Part shown: positions 1 through 6,763 of the stretch, one piece after another | Layout: each line of letters opens with the position of its first letter | Numbering within the stretch: the first letter of the stretch is position 1 | Source: a candidate division WOR-3 bacterium | Lineage (GTDB): Bacteria > Hydrothermota > Tepidihabitantia > Tepidihabitantales > Tepidihabitantaceae | Length of the DNA: 10,813 bases | NCBI GenBank assembly: GCA_965649205.1 | Contig: CBFGJV010000038.1 | Coordinates: 1 to 10,813 of the forward strand | Direction of reading: 5' to 3' | Program-made: the position numbers and the translations under genes | The notes under the pieces: generated by a model | Seen by the model: the letters and a program-made list of their open reading frames with translations, nothing else | What the model was told of the DNA's origin: nothing | The model's database searches: none

Positions 1-47
1 GTCAATGTCAGAACTAGAGCGATAACAAAAAGAAGTCTTTTTCTCAT
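1..47 (-). CDS. 5' end of a secreted protein, probably the type IV pilus secretin PilQ (runs off the window)
   Basis: ATG at 47-45 reads MRKRLLFVIALVLTL.., a basic N-region plus hydrophobic core typical of a Sec signal peptide. A GGGGAG Shine-Dalgarno overlaps the end of the upstream gene. The PilQ identity is inferred only from its position after pilM/N/O/P-like genes. Confidence 0.55.
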   Translation of the reverse strand, partial: MRKRLLFVIALVLTL

Positions 48-51
48 GGTG

Positions 52-534
52 TTACTCCCCTAACATCAGGTTGAAAGTTCTTCCACCTTGTTCAAGGACT
101 ACTCTGTCCTTCTCTATCTTGACTATACGCTTACCGGCTATCTGATCGCCCTCTTCCAGTATCTGGTCGTTGATTAGGGCATAAGGCTTATCTCCGCCCA
201 GGGTTATAGCCCGCAGCGAAAGAGCGGCCAGCTCATTTATTAACATCCAGTCGCGCACAAACGGGTCCGAACCCCAGACTATCGGCTCCGGCTCGGTCGG
301 CTGACCGGATGGCTCCTTCTTATCACCAACAGTTTGTGTCTGCACACCGGAACCTGCCGCCGCGCCCGCCTTATCGCCAGTCGGTTTGGCCTCAGCAGCA
401 GCGGCCGTCATCCTCTCGACTACTCTCAGAGCAGAGTCGTTCCACCCCGCTGCTGGGCGTAGACGGAATACCGCGGTGTACACCGCCAGTATCCCTACAA
501 CTATTGCCAAAATTGCCAGAATTCTCTCTCTCAA
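52..534 (-). CDS. PilP-like / GspC-HR-like pilus alignment protein with N-terminal membrane anchor
   Basis: TTG start preceded by AAGAAAGGAGAACC. The protein has an N-terminal TM helix, an Ala/Pro/Gly-rich linker and a DPF motif (WGSDPF) as in PilP. It ends in a short beta-rich domain (LRAI..YALIND..L..GD.I.G.RIVKIEKDRVVL) typical of PilP/GspC-HR/GspB-type folds. It lies between pilO and the presumed secretin. Confidence 0.7.
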   Translation of the reverse strand: MRERILAILAIVVGILAVYTAVFRLRPAAGWNDSALRVVERMTAAAAEAKPTGDKAGAAAGSGVQTQTVGDKKEPSGQPTEPEPIVWGSDPFVRDWMLINELAALSLRAITLGGDKPYALINDQILEEGDQIAGKRIVKIEKDRVVLEQGGRTFNLMLGE

Positions 535-574
535 GGTTCTCCTTTCTTCCAGTGACTAACCCTGAAAACTCTCA

Positions 575-1123
575 TCATCCCCGTCGTCGTCTTTCCGAGT
601 AATAAGCCGGTAACAGACTCTCTCCGACACGTACCACGGTCAGCTTGCCGGAAGCTTCTACCTCCAACCTGTCCGGATAAATAGCCATTATCCTACGGCC
701 CATCACCACATTACCCACCCCTACCCGGCGACCGCCGACCAGAGCATAACTTTCGCTCCCCATGGAAACAATAGCACTTACTGTGTACAGCTGAACGCCC
801 TTGCGACCACGTCTGGCCCTTCTGCCTCGGCGAGAACGAGCCAACCGCAACTGTCTCTGTCGCTCTTTCTCCCCCCGACGTTGCTCCCGCCTGCGCCGCT
901 TTTCTTCGCGCTTACGTTGCTCCTTCTCCGCCTTCAGCTGCTCCTTGGTCCTTGCCTTCAGCTTGGCTTTAGTTCCCTTTTTTCCCACCGGTACGGCATC
1001 AGCAACATCTTCTGCTGCTTTCTGTACCTTTCGTTCTGTCTGCTTTGCTCGAGGCTTCAAAAGCATATATCCGGCAATAGCGGTCACCGCCACCAGAATC
1101 ACAATGATTACTATTCTTCTCAT
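575..1123 (-). CDS. Second PilP/GspC-HR-like protein with TM anchor and Lys/Arg-rich linker
   Basis: N-terminal TM helix and a highly charged helical linker. The C-terminal domain aligns without gaps to that of 52..534 (AI..G...YAL.......G....G.RI..I..DR...E..G......GE). Confidence 0.65.
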   Translation of the reverse strand: MRRIVIIVILVAVTAIAGYMLLKPRAKQTERKVQKAAEDVADAVPVGKKGTKAKLKARTKEQLKAEKEQRKREEKRRRREQRRGEKERQRQLRLARSRRGRRARRGRKGVQLYTVSAIVSMGSESYALVGGRRVGVGNVVMGRRIMAIYPDRLEVEASGKLTVVRVGESLLPAYYSERRRRG

Positions 1124-1175
1124 CGCCCGCAGTCCTCAGCAGCAGAACCCATACTCACGTATCTGGCCACCTTTT

Positions 1176-1751
1176 TCAGAGCTTTCCACCCTGCGCCAGA
1201 CTGGAAGTATAAAGGTTAACCAGCAGTTTCATCTCTACTTCGGGCCGTATATCATCCCGAGCAGTGACCTCAAAGTCAGGCACGCGTACGAAGTAGGAAA
1301 AATCTTTCAGCGATTCTACATATTTGCCTATGTCCAGATACCGACCCTGCACCGTAACCACAAAAGGAACCGCCCGGAGAGGAGCGGTAGGACTTTCCTG
1401 CTGCAAAAGCGTATCTAATCCTGGCGGGGCTATTTCCACGAATCTGACCCGAGCCTCCTGAGCCAGTTTTGCCAGTTGTTGCATCACGGGCAGCAGGTCC
1501 GAACGCGGTACCACACGAGCGGCAAAAGCTGCCTCAGCCGCTTCCAGCTCTGCCACGCGGGCCCGTAATCGACCAATACCCTTCACCCGTTCCCGTGTTT
1601 CGGCCAGTTCACGGCTTAAACGGGCAACTTCTGCCGCGCTCCGCTGCCGCGCAGCCAGTCTGGGCCGATACAGTACCGCAACGAAGAAAATGCCAATAAG
1701 CACATAGGCTATGATACCTATGAGTAGAATACGTCGTTGCATTAGCGCCAT
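1176..1751 (-). CDS. pilO: Type IV pilus assembly protein PilO (GspM-like)
   Basis: Single N-terminal TM helix, coiled coil, and a C-terminal ferredoxin-like region with PilO hallmarks (L...L..LA...V, VPFVVTVQGRY.DI..Y...L....Y.VRV). It starts 3 nt after the pilMN stop with a GGAG SD. Confidence 0.85.
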   Translation of the reverse strand: MALMQRRILLIGIIAYVLIGIFFVAVLYRPRLAARQRSAAEVARLSRELAETRERVKGIGRLRARVAELEAAEAAFAARVVPRSDLLPVMQQLAKLAQEARVRFVEIAPPGLDTLLQQESPTAPLRAVPFVVTVQGRYLDIGKYVESLKDFSYFVRVPDFEVTARDDIRPEVEMKLLVNLYTSSLAQGGKL

Positions 1752-1754
1752 AAT

Positions 1755-3368
1755 TTACTCCAGTCCGCACTGAATTTCGAACTCCAGCACCGTTTCTCCC
1801 TGCAATGTGCTGCGACTCTTTGAGTTCAACTGCACCGATTTAAATCGTGGATGATGCTCCAGGTTGATCATAAACTGGGAAAGGTCCAAATCCAGAAGAT
1901 AAGACTCACCTGAAACCACCCCTGTCATCTTTACGTCTTTCTGCCCCACCAAGGCCAGCGTGTTCAGCTGGATGTTGGCAGGCACCAAATTCGAAAGATG
2001 TGCCATCACCGGTACGGATTTTGCTTCGGTTCCGACGATATCCTGCAAGCTGCGCTGCTTAGCCTCCATATCCTTCACCTGCTTATCCAGCTCAAAGTAT
2101 TCTCTGTTAGCTTCCTCTGTTGCCTTCAAGCTTTTCCGCAACCTGCTTGCTTGGTAAGCCGAAGCCTGAGACCATCCGGCAAGAGCAATATACACCACTA
2201 TGAGCAAACCCAACCACAGTATGCCCAATACAGTAACCAGACGGATATCGCGAGCCTGATACTTGCCCGCCTTCATCTCTGCTGGCAAAAGGTCCACAGA
2301 GGTATGGTCGTAGCCCAGACCCAGTGCCGTTACTAGCCTGTAGCCTATTTCCTCCTCTGGCGGCGTACCGGGCCGATACAGATTGAATGTCTTGAACGGA
2401 TCAAACAGCTCTGTCCTTATACCAAGATTCGTCTGGATATATTCGGCGAGTCCCTTCATGGCCGCACTACCGCCGCAGATAAGAATGCGGTCTATCTTCG
2501 CCTCGCCGAACTCGCGCCGATAGTAATCTATGGAACGATTCACTTCTGCTATAAACCGCTCCAGCGCCGGCCTCTGCAATGTAGCAAGACGCTTAACCAG
2601 CACTCCGGACGGCAGAGTTTCAGTACTGTCTTCAGGTGGTATTCCATATTGTCGTTTCAATCTCTCTGCATCATAAGCATCAAGCGCCAGCTGCCCTTCT
2701 TCTGTAGTAATGGCGACGGTCATAGCCTCTGTGATGGCATTTCCAGCCGTTGTTACATTCCGCGCCAGGTCTAACCGCTCGCCCTTCATAAAGATAATGT
2801 CGGTAAACTCGGCGCCGATATCCAGCACACAGACCGTCTCCTCCGGACCGACGCGGCCGAACTTCTTCACCGCTGCCTGCAGGGCAAAAGGTATAACCGA
2901 AAGGGCGGTAGGCTCCAAACCGGCTTTCTTTAAGGTCGAAATGTGGTCAGAAACCACATCCTTCCTTGCGGCTACCACCATCACGTTGTCCTTGATGGTC
3001 CCTGCCTCACGCTGAGGGCCCAGGGTTTTAAAATCCAGGATTGCCTCGTCCAGAGTAAACGGCGAATACTTCTCCAGGCGCAGAAGAATAGCTTCTCGCA
3101 ACTCCCTCCGATTCATTTTCGGGAAAGGCGCCTGGCGCAAGCTTACAGAAGGTCCGGACACAAAACTGTACACTTCCTTCGGCCGGTAGTCCCGGACAAG
3201 TTCTCGCAAAATGGAGGGCACATCAAAGGCCTCTCCTATTTCTTTCAATCCGTAGTCAACTACTCGGCCGCCTTCCAGCTTTACGAACTTGACCGAGTTT
3301 GAACCAATATCAATACATAGGGTGCCCTTACCGCCTCCCCCTATGTTCTTAAAGATACTAGCCGCCAA
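1755..3368 (-). CDS. pilM: Fused PilM-PilN type IV pilus assembly protein (actin/FtsA-like domain + TM + periplasmic PilN domain)
   Basis: PilM motifs IDIGSNSVK, VMVVAARK, LDIGA, EV.RS.DYY and ILICGG are followed in frame by VDLLP (the PilN INLLP motif), a TM helix, a coiled coil and a PilN-like domain (L..LVP..IQL..L, F..V.L, LEFEIQC). The start is reassigned from the ORF-track 3455 to TTG at 3368, which follows AAAGGAGG-AATA. ATG at 3386 or 3401 are alternatives. Confidence 0.88.
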   Translation of the reverse strand: MAASIFKNIGGGGKGTLCIDIGSNSVKFVKLEGGRVVDYGLKEIGEAFDVPSILRELVRDYRPKEVYSFVSGPSVSLRQAPFPKMNRRELREAILLRLEKYSPFTLDEAILDFKTLGPQREAGTIKDNVMVVAARKDVVSDHISTLKKAGLEPTALSVIPFALQAAVKKFGRVGPEETVCVLDIGAEFTDIIFMKGERLDLARNVTTAGNAITEAMTVAITTEEGQLALDAYDAERLKRQYGIPPEDSTETLPSGVLVKRLATLQRPALERFIAEVNRSIDYYRREFGEAKIDRILICGGSAAMKGLAEYIQTNLGIRTELFDPFKTFNLYRPGTPPEEEIGYRLVTALGLGYDHTSVDLLPAEMKAGKYQARDIRLVTVLGILWLGLLIVVYIALAGWSQASAYQASRLRKSLKATEEANREYFELDKQVKDMEAKQRSLQDIVGTEAKSVPVMAHLSNLVPANIQLNTLALVGQKDVKMTGVVSGESYLLDLDLSQFMINLEHHPRFKSVQLNSKSRSTLQGETVLEFEIQCGLE

Positions 3369-3482
3369 TATTCCTCCTTTGGCCATCGGCCCATAGCCCA
3401 TCCCTGATCGCCGCTTTTCCGCATCCGCATAGGCCCAGAACTCGATCGCAGACAAGCGACGACAAAATCAGCGTACTGTTTC

Positions 3483-4643
3483 TCACGGCGTGACCTCAAT
3501 TACCGAACCATCACTGAAACGAAAACGAAAAACCTTGTTGTGTATATTCACCGTATCAGTCCCCTGCCGATTGCTGGAGAAACCATAGAAACCAAAGGTA
3601 ACTGCTTGACTCATACGCGGAGCAATTGTCACGGCCGGAATAATCGGAGCGGTGGGAAGCCCCGGTCCGATAAGCGAGTCGTCCGGCCGGGGATAATACG
3701 GCGAGAGCGTATTATGGTCAACCTGCAGAATACGGAAATAAACGTTCTCCGAGACCCGCTCCACTACGATGGAATCCAAGGTGATATCTTCGCGATAATC
3801 GCTCACTATGTCAAACTCAAATCCCGAACTATCGGCTACCCCCAGAGGAATACGCGGCCTGCCTACCACACGTAACCGGCTGTGGAACGGATAACCGAAC
3901 TTGAAATCCACGATGTTATGACTGCGTGGCCCTACCGTGACCCACTTGACGATACTATCGTTCTGGCCTGTTATAGCTACCAGACGGTGGGTGCCAACCG
4001 GCACGGTATCATTATTCCGGGGCGAGAACTCATACTCGCCGCCCCGAGCTGCCACCTTGTAGCCGGAATATCGGCCATGGCTGGTATATAGGTACACCCT
4101 GACCCCCAGCTCTCCTGGCGGATTGTTATCCACGTCTGTCACCCTGCCGGCAATGACGTTATCATAAAGGTGACTGGGCGATTCCACCACCTTCATAGTC
4201 ATCGGGTACTTACCGTTCCCTATGGTCGCAATCGTACCACTTGCCTTGTCATACGTGTACAGATTATTCCAGGCATCGTAGAGAAAGCCCAGGCTGTCTC
4301 CGGTCAATCCTCCTCGGAAATACGGGCCGTGCCAATTAGGCGAGCCATCCACATTAACTACCAGCTCCCGCAGACTGTCCGGCAATCTGCCCATATCTCC
4401 AAAAAAGCCAAAATCTACGCGTTTGCCGTCACTGGTTATGCTTGGATTCCCGGTTATGGCAAAAACCAGCTGCCTCATTTCTTCGGTAGTCTGGTCAAAC
4501 AGCGCTCTGTCCCGGGTTGCGTCAATCGTCCTTATAGCCACCGTACTCAGAATCCCGACAATTAGCAATACCACAAGCAATTCCATCAGGGTAAAACCAT
4601 TGGAGCGGAAAACCGTAAACAGCCGAGGTGATACAGTTCTCAT
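3483..4643 (-). CDS. Minor pilin/pseudopilin, GspG-like head plus C-terminal beta-sandwich domains (386 aa)
   Basis: Class III signal G|FTLMELLVV, GspG-like motifs DMGRLP..L.EL, WHGPY and DAW...Y.Y, then IAGRVTD..NNP (carboxypeptidase-regulatory/transthyretin-like fold). ATG at 4643 overlaps the upstream TGA (ATGA) and has a GGAG SD, so it is preferred over 4655. Confidence 0.85.
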   Translation of the reverse strand: MRTVSPRLFTVFRSNGFTLMELLVVLLIVGILSTVAIRTIDATRDRALFDQTTEEMRQLVFAITGNPSITSDGKRVDFGFFGDMGRLPDSLRELVVNVDGSPNWHGPYFRGGLTGDSLGFLYDAWNNLYTYDKASGTIATIGNGKYPMTMKVVESPSHLYDNVIAGRVTDVDNNPPGELGVRVYLYTSHGRYSGYKVAARGGEYEFSPRNNDTVPVGTHRLVAITGQNDSIVKWVTVGPRSHNIVDFKFGYPFHSRLRVVGRPRIPLGVADSSGFEFDIVSDYREDITLDSIVVERVSENVYFRILQVDHNTLSPYYPRPDDSLIGPGLPTAPIIPAVTIAPRMSQAVTFGFYGFSSNRQGTDTVNIHNKVFRFRFSDGSVIEVTP

Positions 4644-5464
4644 TCCAAACTCCAATCTACATCCAGCCTGACCTCCAGCCCCCTCGCCCCTACACGGGGG
4701 TAAACCGTAACGTAGCGTTGACTGACAATAGACTCAACTGGTGGCGGTATATCGTGAATGTACATCACCCGCAATACATGCCGATTACCCTGAGCTACCC
4801 CTTCTATACGAAACTGACCGTTAGACTGATACTGAACTGGCAGCGACTGGAGCACCCCCAGCTTGGGAGAGAAAAACTGCACGCGCACGTCCACACCATT
4901 AAACAGCGTATCTGGCACTGGTACGCCCCGGATGTCTGTTACCTGGCCGTCAACCGTATTGTCAAGCAAGGCGGCTCTCGTATAGCCAAACTCCCTTGTA
5001 ATGTAACGTTCTCGCTGCAGGGGACTTCCCCCGCCATAGCTACGAACAAAAAGACTCTCCGCACTGTATACGATAGTATCGCCCCAACCGTCAATCCTAT
5101 ATCCTTCCGGAGATTCCCCAAAAGTCGGACGCACGTAAGGTCCCCGCCACGTATGCAGACTCTCCGGCGGCGGCGCTACCGGTTTTATTACCAAGTCACG
5201 AAGCGTCGCTGGCAACGCCCCCATGTCTCCCACATAGCCGAAATCTGCCCGCTCCCCGGCGACAATGTAGTTGGGGTTGCCCACTATAACACTTACCAAC
5301 TGGTCCAGTTTCCTCTTTGTTGTCTCAAACCTGCCTCGTTCCAGAGTTACATCCCAAGTCTTAACAGCAGCAGTCAAAATGAGGCTGAGAATCATCATTA
5401 CCACCAGCAGTTCCAGCAGGGTCAATCCGCTGGCTTTCCTGTCGGCCGAGAAGAAGCTGAACAT
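4640..5464 (-). CDS. Minor pilin/pseudopilin, GspG-like head plus one C-terminal beta-sandwich domain
   Basis: Class III signal G|LTLLELLVV, motifs DMGALP..LRDL, WRGPY and DGWG, and a C-terminal VDGQVTD..G.PVP region. Confidence 0.85.
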   Translation of the reverse strand: MFSFFSADRKASGLTLLELLVVMMILSLILTAAVKTWDVTLERGRFETTKRKLDQLVSVIVGNPNYIVAGERADFGYVGDMGALPATLRDLVIKPVAPPPESLHTWRGPYVRPTFGESPEGYRIDGWGDTIVYSAESLFVRSYGGGSPLQRERYITREFGYTRAALLDNTVDGQVTDIRGVPVPDTLFNGVDVRVQFFSPKLGVLQSLPVQYQSNGQFRIEGVAQGNRHVLRVMYIHDIPPPVESIVSQRYVTVYPRVGARGLEVRLDVDWSLE

Positions 5465-5468
5465 CTGT

Positions 5469-6101
5469 CTAGAAGAACACTCTTATATCGTCATCCTTTT
5501 GCGCGCCTGGCTGGCCATAGAACATTCCATCTGGTCCCGCACTTTCAAGACCTACAGTATCACCGTTCACTACATAGTACCGGTAAGGTACACCCCAGGC
5601 ATCCTCCAGATACCCCATTTTTCCATCTTCTCGGATGTAGGGTCCGTTCCACCCCCTCTTGGTATAGGGATCCCAGGGAGGCATAACTTCCTTGCCCAGA
5701 TACATTACCGAAGCATACATACCTTGAAAAGGGTCTCTCGTGGCAAGTTCAATAAAGTGTCTAGGAAGTCGTCCCATATCGTTTCGGAACCCTGTCGCAA
5801 CCATCTCCCCGCCCATCTGTATATCAGGATTCCCGGCAATAGCATCTCTCAGTACTCGCAACTCCTGTAGCGTCGCCACCCGTCTTGCCTGCGTAGTGAT
5901 TCTGCTTACTACTGGGGGCACAAAAAAAGCTATAAGCAAACCGATTACAGATATGACGACCAACAACTCCACCAAAGTCCAGCCCCGCCTGAGCATGCCT
6001 GCGTTGACTTTCCCACCTGTCTCTTTGCCGCTGACAAGTTCCCCCAACCCCAAATCTATGGCATGCATTCGTCTCAAGCCGAATTCAGAAGTTATTTTCA
6101 T
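5469..6101 (-). CDS. GspG-like minor pilin/pseudopilin (start ambiguous: 6101 leaderless, or 5996)
   Basis: Class III signal G|WTLVELLVV and GspG hallmarks DMGRLP, WNGPY, DAWG.PY.Y, S.GPDG and DDDI near the C-terminus. Confidence 0.88.
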   Translation of the reverse strand: MKITSEFGLRRMHAIDLGLGELVSGKETGGKVNAGMLRRGWTLVELLVVISVIGLLIAFFVPPVVSRITTQARRVATLQELRVLRDAIAGNPDIQMGGEMVATGFRNDMGRLPRHFIELATRDPFQGMYASVMYLGKEVMPPWDPYTKRGWNGPYIREDGKMGYLEDAWGVPYRYYVVNGDTVGLESAGPDGMFYGQPGAQKDDDIRVFF

Positions 6102-6108
6102 TCAGGGA

Positions 6109-6137
6109 ATTATAGAATTTGGGCCTTTCAGTGTCAA
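6109..6137 (-). promoter_or_regulatory. Sigma70-type promoter for the minor pilin-pilMNOP(Q) operon
   Basis: Perfect consensus TTGACA (6137-6132), 17-nt spacer, TATAAT (6114-6109), lying in an intergenic gap and oriented with the downstream genes. Confidence 0.85.
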
Positions 6138-6161
6138 GAAACGTGGCGTACGGGTCATGGT

Positions 6162-6695
6162 TCAGTTATGTAGAACAAAAATCACGACTTCGCCGTCTGC
6201 GTCAAACTCGCGCATTGACACGCCGTGTCCTTCGATGCCTACCAGACCATAGTTCAACGGTGTAAGACTTGTAGGCGGGTCGTATACGCTGTATACGATT
6301 TCGCCAGGGTAATAGCCGAACAAATCATTAGGGCCGTTTTCTTGGGTATTGCTGCAATCCTGCTCGGTATCATAATCCTCCGTATTGAACTCATCCGGGT
6401 CCATCTGTTTTCCTGTCCAGGGATTAGTGGGAAGGCGGCCAATCTGCTCGTTCAACACGCCTCCGGGAAAGTACGCGCCATATTCGTCCTCATAGAAGTC
6501 ATCTGCATAGTATCCCTGTTCACTATGAAACAACTCTATGACTACCTGCACATTATGCAGATTCATCTTCAGAGCCGCCTGCCGACCTCTTTCCCGTACT
6601 ATACCGAAACGCGGCAGAGACATCGCCATAAGCGTACCCAGTATCATTATGACCACCAAAAGTTCTACCAGTGTAAATCCTCTCAGCGAACGCAT
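6162..6695 (-). CDS. Type IV pilin, divergent paralogue of the tandem pilins (177 aa)
   Basis: MRSLRG|FTLVELLVV class III signal. The ATG at 6695 has an AGGAG SD and is preferred over the ORF-track start at 6773. It shares YFPGG, P.NP(W/Y)TG, YG..G and the terminal VLHN with the pilins at 9473 and 10317. Confidence 0.9.
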   Translation of the reverse strand: MRSLRGFTLVELLVVIMILGTLMAMSLPRFGIVRERGRQAALKMNLHNVQVVIELFHSEQGYYADDFYEDEYGAYFPGGVLNEQIGRLPTNPWTGKQMDPDEFNTEDYDTEQDCSNTQENGPNDLFGYYPGEIVYSVYDPPTSLTPLNYGLVGIEGHGVSMREFDADGEVVIFVLHN

Positions 6696-6708
6696 ATTAT
6701 CTCCTAAT

Positions 6709-6746
6709 AGTTTCATATACTTAGAGTTGTATGTCAAGCTGTGACA
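6709..6746 (-). promoter_or_regulatory. Possible promoter/operator upstream of the third pilin
   Basis: TTGACA at 6737-6732 with only a weak -10 (GAAACT, 17-nt spacer). The -35 overlaps an inverted repeat TGTCA-N5-TGACA (6732-6746). Confidence 0.35.
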
Positions 6747-6763
6747 ACGCCGCAAAAACATAA

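Noticed and set aside
4628..5686. 352-aa plus-strand ORF and the other plus-strand ORFs in the track (e.g. 801..1418, 5271..5870, 6932..7498, 9479..10159)
   Set aside because: They lie antisense to well-supported minus-strand genes, show no recognisable motifs and have shadow-ORF composition.
5997..6060. Cyclic di-GMP-I (GEMM) riboswitch upstream of a pilin (GGCAAA..GGGAAAG..CGCA fragments; also GCAAAGC at 10279-10285)
   Set aside because: The paired P2 stem with GNRA loop and its receptor cannot be built. The second instance is simply the terminator loop.
3483..6101. Calling the locus a canonical type II secretion system because of the GspG-like genes
   Set aside because: The platform has a PilM-type domain with nucleotide-binding motifs, PilO and PilA-like pilins with pilG/H/I-like neighbours, and no gspE/F/K is visible. 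A secretion role cannot be excluded.
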